Positions 25,279 to 37,058 of a stretch of DNA of 64,000 nt are shown one piece after another. The translations under genes and the position numbers were made by a program. The stretch's first letter is position 1. Each line of letters begins with the position of its first letter. The notes beneath the pieces were generated by a model. The model was not told the origin of the DNA. It did no database searches and worked only from the letters and a program-made list of their open reading frames with translations. The DNA comes from Squalus acanthias (lineage: Eukaryota), in the NCBI GenBank assembly GCA_030390025.1, contig CM059433.1, positions 17,052,001 to 17,116,000 on the forward strand. Direction: 5' to 3'.

Positions 25279-26329
25279 CTGTAATTGAGCAAACGTTAGT
25301 TGTAATAGATAACTTCACAATATAAATGTTGGTAATCGAAAACCAGAGTACTAAGCATTATAGCACAATATGGAATAGCGTATGTATTTAATCTGTTTGT
25401 TCTAGGACTAATGTTTGTAGACACCAGAAATAAACTTTATACAGAATAAACATACTTGAAAGTAAACTGTATTTATATTATAATTCCAACATATTGTGAA
25501 ACTGAAGAGCTACAGTAATTTTAAGAGTTCCATTTTATTGGTCTTTCACAAGATAGGTTCAGTTGAAGGAGGACTTTGGGCCCACTTGATTTCATCTTTT
25601 TCAGAATATCAGCCTCATCATGCTCCCATTACAGCTTTAATATCCACTGAACATGTTGAGGACCAATGCTTAACTTCTTGTCCAAAAAGTGACAATTCTG
25701 ACAAGAGTTCCCCAAATGCAGTCGGACTTTTACTTCCAGTAACACAAAAGGAGGTGACTTTATTGCTTGGGTTAAAGATCATTTTTCTAAATCAATGACA
25801 TTTAAAAAATATTCTGGAGGAATGTTAAGCTTTAAAATAAAAACCTCCAAAACAGGGCAGTCATTTAAAGTACCATTTTCCAGATTACACCATCTATAAT
25901 TGAATTCAGTGCAAATTAATAATGGTTTAGAATTTTATAAAACAGAGCCTGTTAAAGTGTGGATCAAGTCAGTTTACACTAAATTAAATCTTACTTCACT
26001 GCCCAGAGCAGATGTGAATTAAATCCACCCAAGCAAACAAATTGTCTGAACTCAACTATATAACCCATCCCTTCCCTTCCCTGTGGGCACATGAACATCA
26101 TCAGTTTAGAACACAATGATGATGAAATGGATCTATATACACACACAACTGACTACACACATGGACTACTTTTATTTATTTGTTTTTGATAACCAGCTAA
26201 AAACAAATTGTGGATGTAATAAATCCAGATGTCCTAAATTTCATCCTGGTTTATGCGTACAATCAAGTTTGGAGAAACTGTGCTCACCATAACCTGTAAC
26301 CTCATGGCCTGATATATCCCTCAGTCATA

Positions 26330-29300
26330 CATCATCAGGCTAAGAGACTGACCCATGGTCAATGTTTCAATGAGTGCAGAAGGGTGTGCCAGGAGATTCA
26401 CCTGGCATACCTTAGAATGTGGTACAAACCTATTGAAGCTATTACACAGGGCTACCTGCACACTAAATACCAAAAGCAGCAGGGGCTACAGACAGATCGC
26501 ATTATCAATAGATTTGACCGAAGTTTTCTAGTCCTACCACATCCAGTTGAGAATGGTGGTGGACAATCAGGCAACTAAGAGAAGGCAGGGGCATCCATAA
26601 ACATTCCTATTCTCAACTACATCCCGAGCATGTGAATACAAGAGACTAGGCTGAAGTGTTTGCAAATGTCTTCAGCCAAAAGTATTGAGTGGGTGATCTT
26701 ACTCAGCCCCCTCCTAAGGCATCCACCATTAGAGATGTCAATGTCCAGGCAATTCGGTTCACTCCACTTGATATTGGGAAGTGGCTGCATGCACTGTACA
26801 CAGCAAAAGCTATCATCCCCGACAACATCACAACTTTAATGCTGAAGGCCTACGCACCAGAGCTACCCACTCCCTATGACACATCCGCCCAGCAATGTGG
26901 AATACTGGCCAGGTACGTCCTATCCACAAAAAAATGATAAATCTAACTTGGGCATTTATCACCCTAACACCCTCTTCGCAATCAGTAAAGAACTGAAAGG
27001 AATCATCAATAGTGCCATCAAGCTCAGGTTCTGCTAGAACCACTTGACTCCAGATCTCATCATAACCTGCCGGAAATAAAAGGGGTCAGAGGATCTGGTA
27101 AGAGGGAGGAGCTGAGGGAAATCCTTATTAGTCGGGAAAAGGTATGGGGAAATTGATGGGACTGAAGGCTGAAAAATCCCCGGGGCCTGATGGTCTGCAT
27201 CCCAGAGTACTTAAGGAGGTGGCCTTGGAAATAGTGGATGCATTGACGATCATTTTCCAACATTCCTTAGACTCTGGATCAGTTCCGATGGAGTGGAGGG
27301 TGGCCAATGTAACCCCTCTTTTTAAAAAAGGAGGGAGGGAGAAAGCAGGGAATTATAGACCGGTCAGCCTGACATCGGTCGTGGGTAAAATGATGGAAGC
27401 AATTATTAAAGATGTCATAACAGACCATTTGGAAAGTGGCGACATGATAGGTCCAAGTCAGCATGGATTTGTGAAAGGGAAATCATGCTTGACAAATCTT
27501 CTGGAATTTTGAGGATGTTTCCAATAGGGTGGACAGGGGGGAACCAGTAGATGTGGTGTATTTGGACTTTCAGAAGGCCTTCGACAAGGTCCCACACAAG
27601 AGATTGGTGAGCAAAGTTAAAGCACATGGGATTGGGGGTAATGTGTTGACGTGGATTGAGAACTGGTTGGCACACAGGAAACAAAGAGTAGGAGTAAATG
27701 GGTACTTTTCAGAATGGCAGGCAGTGACCAGCGGGGTACCGCAGGGTTCGGTGCTGGGACCCCAGCTGTTTACATTATATATTAATGATTTGGACGAAGG
27801 GATTAAATGTAATATCTCCAAATTTGCGGATGACACTAAATTGGGAGGCAGTGTGAACAATGAGGAGGATGCTAGGAGGCTACAGAGTGACTTGGACAGG
27901 TTGGGTGAATATGCAAATGTATGGCAGATGAAGTACAATGTGGATAAATGTGAGGTTATCCACTTTGGTGGTAAAAATAGAGAGGCGGACTATTACCTGA
28001 ATGGTGGCAGATTAGGGAAAGGGGAGGTGCAACGAGACCTGGGCGTCATGGTACATCAGTCACTGAAGGTGGGAATGCAAGTGCAGCAGGCAGTCAAGAA
28101 AGCAAACGGAATGATGGCCTTCATAGTAAGGGGATTTGAGTACAGGAGTAGGGAGGTGATGCTGCAGTTGTACAGGGCCTTGGTGAGGCCACACCTGGAG
28201 TATTGTGCACAGTTTTGGTCTCCTAACTTAAGGACATTCTTGCTATTGAGGGAGTGCAGTGAAGGTTCACTAGATTGATTCCTGGGATGGCCGGACTGAC
28301 ATATCAAGAAAGATTGGGTCAACTGAACTTGTATCCTCTGGAGTTCAGAAGAATGAGGGGGGATCTTATAGAGACATTTAAAATCCTGACTGGTTTAGAC
28401 AAATTAGATGCGGGCAGAATGTTCCCAATGTTAGGGAAAACTAGAACCAGGGGTCACAGTCTAAGGATTAAGGGGAAGCCATTTAAGACTGAGCTGAGGA
28501 GGAACTTCTTCACCCAGAGAGTGGTGAATCTATGGAATTCTCTTCCACAGAAGGTTGTTGAGGCCAGTTCGCTAAATATATTCAAAAGGGAGTTAGATAT
28601 AACACTCACAACTAGGGGGATCAAGGGGTATGGCGAGAAAGCAGGAATGGGGTACTGAGGTAGCATGTTCAGCCATGAACACATTGAATGGCGGTGCAGG
28701 CTCGAAGGACCGAATGGTCTACTCCTGTACCTATTTTCTATGTTTCTATGTAACCTTGATCCAGACATGAATTCAAGAGCTGAATGCCCAAGGAGAGGCA
28801 AGAGTAGCTGCTCTTGACAGTAAGACAGCATTTGACCAAGTATGGCACCAAGGAGCTCGAACAAAACTGAGGTCAACGGGGGCCAAGGAAAACAAATCCT
28901 GCAATGGCTGGAATCATATCTGACAAAAAAGGAAGTAGGGTCTGAGGACATTGCTACAGGAGTTCTTCAAGCATCTTTGGCCTAATCATCTTTAGCTGCT
29001 TTATCTATGATGCCTTCCATCATAAGTTCAGGCGTAGGACTGTTCGCTGAAAATTCAGCTTCATCCTCCTATAGCCCATGCCAGCATACAGCAGGACATT
29101 AACATCTTGGCTGACAAGTGACAGGTAATATTTGTACCACATAAGCACCAGGTTATGCCCATCTTAAAGAGGAGAAAGCAGAACTACAGCACCATCCCCC
29201 CCCCCAACCACTCTCCCAACCTTCAACTGTATCACCATCACGGAGATCCCCATTAACCAGTAGTTTAACTGAACCAGCCGTATCAACACCGTGGCTACAA

Positions 29301-30470
29301 GAGCAGGGTAAGGGCTGTGCATGCCTCAACAAGCAGCTCACCTTCTGACCCCTCATAGCTGCTCCACCATCTGTAAGGCTCAAGTCAGGCATGGAATGGA
29401 ATACTCACTATTTGCCTAGATGGCTGCAGCCACAACATGCAAGACAGAGCAGTTTGCTTAATAGCCGTCCCTACCAATATCCACCCTCTCAATTACTAGT
29501 ACACTGTGGCTGCAGGCAATGACCATCACCGCCACTTGACATTTAATGGCATTACTATCACCATATCCCCCACCATCAACATTCTGGGGGTCACCATTGA
29601 CCAGAAACTTGTATTCTGCAGCGAGTGGCTCACCTCCTGACCCCCCAAATCCTTTCAACCACCTACAAAGTCAGGAGTGTGATGGAATACTCTCCACTTG
29701 CCTGGATGGGTGTAGCTGCAACAACACTCAAGAAGCTCAACACCATCCAGGACAAAGCAATCCGCTTGATCGACAACCCATTTACCAACTTAAACATCCA
29801 CTTCCTTCACCACCAGCACACCATGTGTGCTATCTACAGGATGCATTGCAGCTACTTGCCAAGGCTTCTTCGACAGCACCTCCCAAACCCGCGGCCTCTG
29901 CCACCTTGAAGGACAAGTACAGCAGGCGTATGGGCACACTATCTCTGCTAAGTTCCCCAAATCACACACCATTCTGACTTGGAAATATATGGCCGCTCCT
30001 TCATCATTGCTGGGTCAAAATCTTGGAACTCCCTATCCAACAGCACTGTGGGTGTAGCTTCACCACAGGGACTGCAACAGTTTAAGGCGGCAGCTCATCA
30101 GCACCTTCTGAAGGGCAACTAGGGATGTGCAATAAATGCTGGACTTGTTCGCAACGCCTATATCCCAAGAATGAATTAATAAAATATAGAATACCTACAG
30201 GGTGCACAGCAGCACCTCCCATCCCCGCGACCTCTACCACCAAGAAGGACAAGAGCAGCAATGTTGTGGAAACACCATCACCCCCAAGTCACACACCATC
30301 CCAACTTGGACATATATCACTGTTCCTTCATCATTGCTGGTTCAATATGCTGGAAATCCCTATAACATGGGAGCACCATCACCACAAGGAGTGCAGGAGA
30401 ACAAGGATAGACAATAATGTGGTCTTGCAGGGGTCGCTCACATCCAGAGAACAGATAATTAAAAATAGTC
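26330..30470 (+). mobile_element. Second LINE family (YK.QVRS.MEYSPLAW type), degenerate, several pieces, interrupted by a CR1
   Basis: YKVRSVMEYSPLAWMGVAATTLKKLNTIQDKAIRLI at 29625-29909; the flanks rejoin across the CR1 insertion. Confidence 0.7.
27069..28750 (+). mobile_element. 5'-truncated CR1 LINE (RT region) with TAACCT duplication at both ends
   Basis: [43 protein letters not shown] motifs; two frameshifts. TAACCT at 27063-27068 and 28751-28756. Confidence 0.92.
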
Positions 30471-31259
30471 CCATTTCACAGGGTCTATTTCAGTTATACT
30501 GTATATAGCTGAATTAGATGTTTACAAGTTTAATGATGAGATGCAGTCAGAATAGCACATCATAAACCCACCATTTTCTTTAACTAAACTGTTGACATTG
30601 CCATGAAATTCCATGTAGCTCATTTCTCATTTTAAAAATGCTTAAATACTGGAATGCCCCATGTTAGAACAGGATTTTTGTTTCTTAAGCAATTAGCTCA
30701 TAGGGACCGTTTATATTGGAAATAAAAATAGGAGGCACATTTACTACGTGGGTTTGAATTTACCCACAGAAACATCGAGACACACACACAGGGCAGGGTA
30801 TTAGTTGACTCAGTGTTCCCCATGTCTAAACAGTGTGAGGTGGTAATGTACAAAGCAAATCAGTTCAGTACACTCCCAGAGTCCTACTGAAGGCAGTCTA
30901 GAGGAGATCAACAATCTTGATTACTGGGGTCAGAGGAAGAAGCTATGATGAATAACTTGATAAGCTAGAGTTCTTAAACAGTGAAAAGTGAGATCCAATA
31001 CAACTTTATAGAGATACGCAAGATACTCAATGGGATAAATGAACCCCCAAACAATAGATATGCCAGAGCAGCTGGTCAAGTGGACACAGCTTCAGCATTA
31101 TGAAGAGCCAATTTAGGATAAATGTAAATATTCCTTTACTCAGGAGGTGCTCAACAGCTGGAACAGGTTGTCACGAAGAGTGGCTGAGGGCAGGACCCCA
31201 GACTCACTGAAGAAACAACTACAAGCTGTAATAGTAAGGCAGAAGGGTTGGTATTTTTT

Positions 31260-32245
31260 TTTGTTCATTCATGGGATGTGGGCATCGCTGGCAAGGCCAG
31301 CATTTATTGCCATCCCCAATTGCCATTGAGAAGGTGGTGGTGAGCCGCCTTCTTGAACCGCTGCAGTCCATGTGGTGAAGGTACTCCCATAGTGCTGTTA
31401 GGGAGGGAGTTCCAGGATTTTGGCCCAGCGATGATGAAGGAACGGCAATATATTTCCAAGTCTAGATGGTGTGTGACTTGGAAGGAAACTGGGAGGTGGT
31501 GGTGTTCCCATGCGCCTGCTGCCCTTGTCCTTCTAGGTGGTAGATGTCGCAGGTTTGGGAGGTGCTGTCGAGGAAGCCTTGGCAAGTTACTGCAGTGCAT
31601 CTTGGATGGGGTGCCAATCTAGCGAGCTGCTCTGTCCTGGATGATGTCGAGCTTCTTGAGTGTTGTTGGAGCTGCACTCATCCAGGCAAGTGGCGAGTAT
31701 TCCATCACACTCCTGACTTGTGCCTTGTAGATGGTGGAAAGACTTTGGGGAGTCAGGAGGCAAGTCACTCGCCGCAGAATACCCAGCCTCTGACCTGCTT
31801 TTGTAGCCACAGTATTTATGTGGCTGGTCCAGTTAAGTTTCTGGTCAACAATGATCCCCAGGATGTTGATGGTGGGGGATTCGACAATGCTAATGCCGTT
31901 GAATGTCAAGGGGAGGTGTTTAGACTCTCTCTTGTTGGAGATGGTCATTGCCTGGCACTTGTGTGACGCAAATCTTGCCACTTATCAGTCCAAGCCTGAA
32001 TGTTGTCCAGGCCTTGCTGCATGCGGGCATGGACTGCTTCATTATCTGAGGAGTTGCGAATGGAACTGAACACTGTGCAATCATCAGTGAACATCCCCAT
32101 TTCTGACCTTTTGTTGGAGGGAACGTCATTGATGAAGCAGCTGAATATGGTTGGGCCTAGGACACTGCCCTGAGGAACTGCAGCGATGTCTGGGGGCTGA
32201 GATGATTGGCCTCGAACAAGCACAACCATCTTCCTTTGTGCTTTA
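31260..32245 (-). mobile_element. Second LINE family, 3' fragment
   Basis: [51 protein letters not shown]. Confidence 0.85.
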
Positions 32246-32394
32246 TTCTTGAAGGACAAGGTCAAATACAGCAACATTTGTTCATCTGAACTCATCTATG
32301 GGGATATAAATGTGTGATGAGCAGCTGATGTTTGGCATCACTATTGCCCTTTTTAAAAAAGATTTAAAAAGGAACAAACTGACACTATTCTTAC

Positions 32395-32523
32395 CTTCTG
32401 GTTCTTCATCACTTGAATCTTGAGATTCATGCTGCTCCTTTGGTCCAGTTGAGCACACTTCATATCCAGAAGGGGGCAGGCTCACTGTATAGACTTTCCT
32501 GCATGCAGGAATAATTTCTGCAT
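32395..32523 (-). CDS. ERICH1: ERICH1 exon 3
   Basis: Acceptor tcttttctacag, donor G|GTAAGA, 129 nt, phase 1-1. Contains RKVYTVSLPPSGY, matching the ERICH1 RRLYTASGPPEGY motif, followed by acidic DSSDEEPE. Confidence 0.88.
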
Positions 32524-32959
32524 CTGTAGAAAAGATTTGTAACATTTTTTTGTATTTGATTTCTTTACATTTAGTATCTTAAATCACTTTTTTTTTTAAT
32601 CATTGTGTGAGTTTACAGCAGCCACAATACAAGGGCTAGTTATTATTTAAATACAAAAGAATTGCACTGGCTTTTTGTTGTGTGCTAAATGCAGTTCGTA
32701 AACATTGGGCTGCCTATGCTTTTGTTAATCAGCAGCTTCACCATTTGCTCCTCCAGTGATGTAATTACATTGCTGACCTCACCATGACATCTCCCTCACT
32801 AAGAAGATACGCCCACAAAATCTGTCAAAACTAAGCCACGCCCACAGAAACTTCTTTCAGCCTCTTGCATTGAAATTACCTTTTAAAAACTGAATTAAAC
32901 AGCAAATTGTCCCTTAATATTAAATTTAGATGCAAGTATTTTAGAGAACATTCACGGTA

Positions 32960-33354
32960 CAGGAAACTCTTTATTAACCGGCACCGACGGGACCGGCGTG
33001 GTGCCGGTTTATCGAAAGTACCGGATAACGGAGAGTTATATCTACCGAGGCTATTTTTAACAAAAAAAAAAAAATAAAATCAAGAAATGTGCAGTATACT
33101 TCCGACAGCGCCAGGAGGCCGAGTAGTGGCACTTTTGAAAACTACCCCTACTGACTAAATCGGCGTTCTCGGACTCGGGATCGGCAACATTGCCGGTTAT
33201 TTGAGAGGAGTTTTCGGAGTACTCGGCGTTCGCGGAGACTCGACTGCGACTCGGCAACATTGCCGGTTATTTGAGAGGCGTTTTCGGAGGATGATTTTTG
33301 CCGGTTAAGCGAGAATTCCGGATATTTGGGTGCCGGATAAACAAAAGTTTCCTG
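32960..33354 (-). mobile_element. TA-TSD MITE (pogo/Tigger-like), copy A
   Basis: TA|CAGGAAACTCTTTATTAACCGGCACC ... GGTGCCGGATAAACAAAAGTTTCCTG|TA. Confidence 0.85.
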
Positions 33355-34084
33355 TACATATTTCATTGTTTTCGTTTAATGCATTCAGTAACTGTCTCAC
33401 AGAGAAGATAGAATTGTTGGGAAAAATATGTAGAACTGCAGTGTTAACAAAACTGGTACTTGGACTCAGCAGTATGTAACAAAATACCAATATATTGATT
33501 TTTGAAATGCAGTATCTGTACAAGGTCATAGCCAAAAAACTCCCGCTCGGTTTACGGAAACAAAACCTCTGCTTCGGAGAGAGTGGGTGCAGAAAAGGGG
33601 ACTCGTGTTGATTATGTACTGTAACATTTGCCAACTAAACCAAAACATAGTTGTGTTTTCCCACCTACTCCGTATGAAATTCACATGCAGTTATGTCTAA
33701 TGTACTTGTCGCAATGTCTGCTTTCTCGCACATAAGATAATTATATATAGTTCTATAAAATGTGGGGATATTTGGTATATATGCAATAAATGTAATAACA
33801 CATTTCATGTGTACGTTTCTATAACCTACTGAAAAGGTTGAGCGCCTGGTCTGCCACAGCTCCGTATCATTTCTAAACAGTATGAGAGACGCTGGAATAG
33901 GATAAGGCTTGTTGGTGCAGAATACTAATAAAAGTGGTATGTGATCAGTACAAGTAGTTTGTTTCTGTGGGTGGTTTTCTGGTAACATTTGAGTTTGCAA
34001 TATATAATACCTGGTATCATTTCAATTTTATGTAAACTTACTGAACAATTTGCAGATTTTGCACGTTTTAGGGTAAAAGTTGTA

Positions 34085-34478
34085 CAGGAAACTTTCGTTT
34101 ATCCGGCACCCAAATAACCGGAATTCTCGCTTAACCGGCAAAAATCATCCTCCGAAAACTCCTCTCAAATAACCGGCAATGTTGCCGAGTCGCAGTCGAG
34201 TCTCCGCGAACGCCGAGTGCTCCGAAAACTCCTCTCAAATAACCGGCAATGTTGCCGATCCCGAGTCCGAGAACGCCGATTTAGTCAGTAGGGGTACTTT
34301 TCAAAAGTGCCACTACTCGGCCTCCTGGCGCTGTCGGAAGTATACTGCACATTTCTTGATTTATTTATTTTTCTTTGTTAAAAATAGCCTCGGTAGATAT
34401 AACTCTCCGTTATCCGGTACTTTCGATAAACCGGCACCACGCCGGTCCCGTCGATGCCGGATAAACGAAAGTTTCCTG
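34085..34478 (+). mobile_element. TA-TSD MITE, copy B (inverted near-identical partner of copy A)
   Basis: TA|CAGGAAACTTTCGTTTATCCGGCACC ... TGCCGGATAAACGAAAGTTTCCTG|TA. Reverse complement of copy A over ~395 bp. Confidence 0.85.
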
Positions 34479-35635
34479 TATTGCTTACAACTATATCCGT
34501 TGCTTGCTCTCAATGTTCAATACAAATGACATCATTAATAATTTATTAGTGCAAACTTTTTCGGCAACTTTCAAAGTGCACCCGTGGTCAGGAACCACGG
34601 CAGAAAATGCCTGCAAGGTCTTCCGGGTTCCTTTCACAGTGACATTTTCGGCAGTAATTGCTGGGCAGTTAGTGGGCAATTAGCACAACTCTGCACCAGC
34701 AATGAGTATTTAGCGCATGCGCAATTCCAAACTTGCGCTCAATTTCAAAGGCGGTATGATGGCATACTCTGAGTAAGCCGTCATATCCACTGCAAAATCT
34801 GCCCCATTATCTTTGCCGAAAGTCTCTTTTGTGATATCGTATAAAATTTTGAAAGTCATAAACCACAGCCATCGCATTTCCTTTACTTATCCATTATTTA
34901 TTCAGAATTGTATAACGTTAGTCAAGCACAGCTGGCCATTTAGAAATCTATGCTGACTGGCCAGGATTAACTTATGATAGTCCAAGTACTTTGCAATTTC
35001 ATGCTGTATTATGGCCTCTAGTAGTTTACTAACAACTGAAGACAGGCTAACTGGCTTTTCCCAATCTCCGATTTTGTGGAGGGAAGTCACATTTGCTGTC
35101 CTTCAGTCCTTTGGCACATGATTTCTTTTCACAAAATTTTATCTCCACTCAAGATTCTCAAAGATGCAAATGATCAGATCTCAGTGATTTGTCTACTTTA
35201 AGCTTGAGTAACATTTTTAGTAACATCTCTTTGAATAGCAACCTCCATCAAGTATTTGAGATCCATCTCTGGTAGTTCTAAAATACCTTTATTCATCTCC
35301 CCTGTGAAAACAGAGGAAAAGTATTTAGTATTTCTACCGTTCCCTTACTTTCCACCATGAGCTTGTCTCTTTCACTTCGTGGCTCTACCACACCTTGACT
35401 ATCCTCTTATTAATATGCCCATTGAAACCCTTTTCTTATTGCCCTTTATGGTTTTGACCAGTTTTCTCTCATACTGCCTCTTAGCCTTTCCATTCTCCCT
35501 TTTCATAGCTTTATATTCTTGTCCTATCTTACTTTTCCATCATCTACTCTGCAAGTGCTAACTGCTTTTCTTTAAAGTTTCAAATTTGATTTAGTGTCTT
35601 GATTTTTCTATGGAACTCGGCCTTTAAAACACTCC

Positions 35636-36609
35636 GGCCTAGAAATTCCACGCTGTAACGCAAGCCGTTAAGGCCGGTTTTGTAGAAAAAATGGCGGCCG
35701 CCTCACTTCCAGCGTGGAATTCGGCGGCCGCCATATTGGGCAGCGTTGCCATAAGTATTTTAAATTACCACGAGCATGATGTCAATCGGTGCGCAACGGC
35801 GAATTGACGCACGCTCATCCATTTTGGAGCTCGCCGTTCCTCTTACCGCCCTCTCCAAAGCACGTCTGTACGTGCAGCAGTTGACATCGCGTAGAGCCGG
35901 GAGAAAGCGGCGGTGAGCTTTAACCCATACAGTAAATAGCTGCTGAGATAACTGGTAACTATGGAGCGCTCAGACTATGTAATTGGAGTGAAAACCGTTT
36001 CCAATGAGATGCATCAAATTCCCTCCCAGTCAGTCAAACATTACAGGTGGCAAATACTTTAAACTATGTGATATGCAGGTTAGTGCACTGTCACTGCTAG
36101 CTGCAAGACAATGCATCCTCATCCCCCTCCAGCACCATGGTGGAGCACAAACCTCCACACAGCAAACATCTGGGTGAAACATCGGTGGATCCATGACAGC
36201 TAGCAAAGTTGGGAGTACCAGGCAGTCTGGTACCCATTTGTGGATCCCACACAAGAACCAGACAAATGTCCGAGAGAGTAAGAGGGGAGCCGTGGACAAA
36301 CAAATGCCTCCTAATGTGCCACAATGGAGCCTTCTCCAACCCAACAAGGGCCATCAGCGGACTCGGTACCTCCTGACCCAGCAAAACCCAGGAGCCATCA
36401 CCAAATGATCCGAAACAGCACATTGCCCAAGAATGTCACACCGATCCTTTAGACGCGACCTTCTGCTGAGGTTACCGCCAGAAAGAGCATGTTGCACAAA
36501 AGATTCTGCATCCGTTCATCAGCACCAAAATACCTGCGCTTGTTTTCCGGGCAGCCGTTAGTCCGCAGTGGCAACGGCCGTTTTCCTGCCCGAATCAAAT
36601 TTCTAGGCC
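35636..36609. mobile_element. Harbinger-type MITE
   Basis: Perfect 12-bp TIR GGCCTAGAAATT / AATTTCTAGGCC with a TCC 3-bp TSD. Confidence 0.8.
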
Positions 36610-37058
36610 TCCTTTTTCTCCCTTCATTGAATGTATTTAATTGCTATCCTTTCTACTGTCTGTATAAATATTTACCATTGATGACCTATGGTTCCATTTC
36701 CCAATTTTATCTTCTATTTAATCTAGGTAAAGTCCCATAGCTCACTATAATTTGTATTTTTCAGCAAAATTCTATTTTTCCAGTAAGTACCCATGACATC
36801 TTCTGTTCCAACGCTGAACCTAATTATATCACCGTTTTCCAAATGTTCCCCCACTTTTAAATAGTCTACTTGTATCATTTCATTACACAGAACCAGGTCA
36901 AGTATTGCTTCTTTCCTTTTTGCAGCAACATATTGATTGAGAAAGCAGCCCTGAAGACATTGCAAAAAAAAAAACACCTAGCCTTGTTCACCATAAACAT
37001 TTTACTTGACAGTGTCAATTATTGGATTAAAATTTGACAATTATAATTTTTATATATA

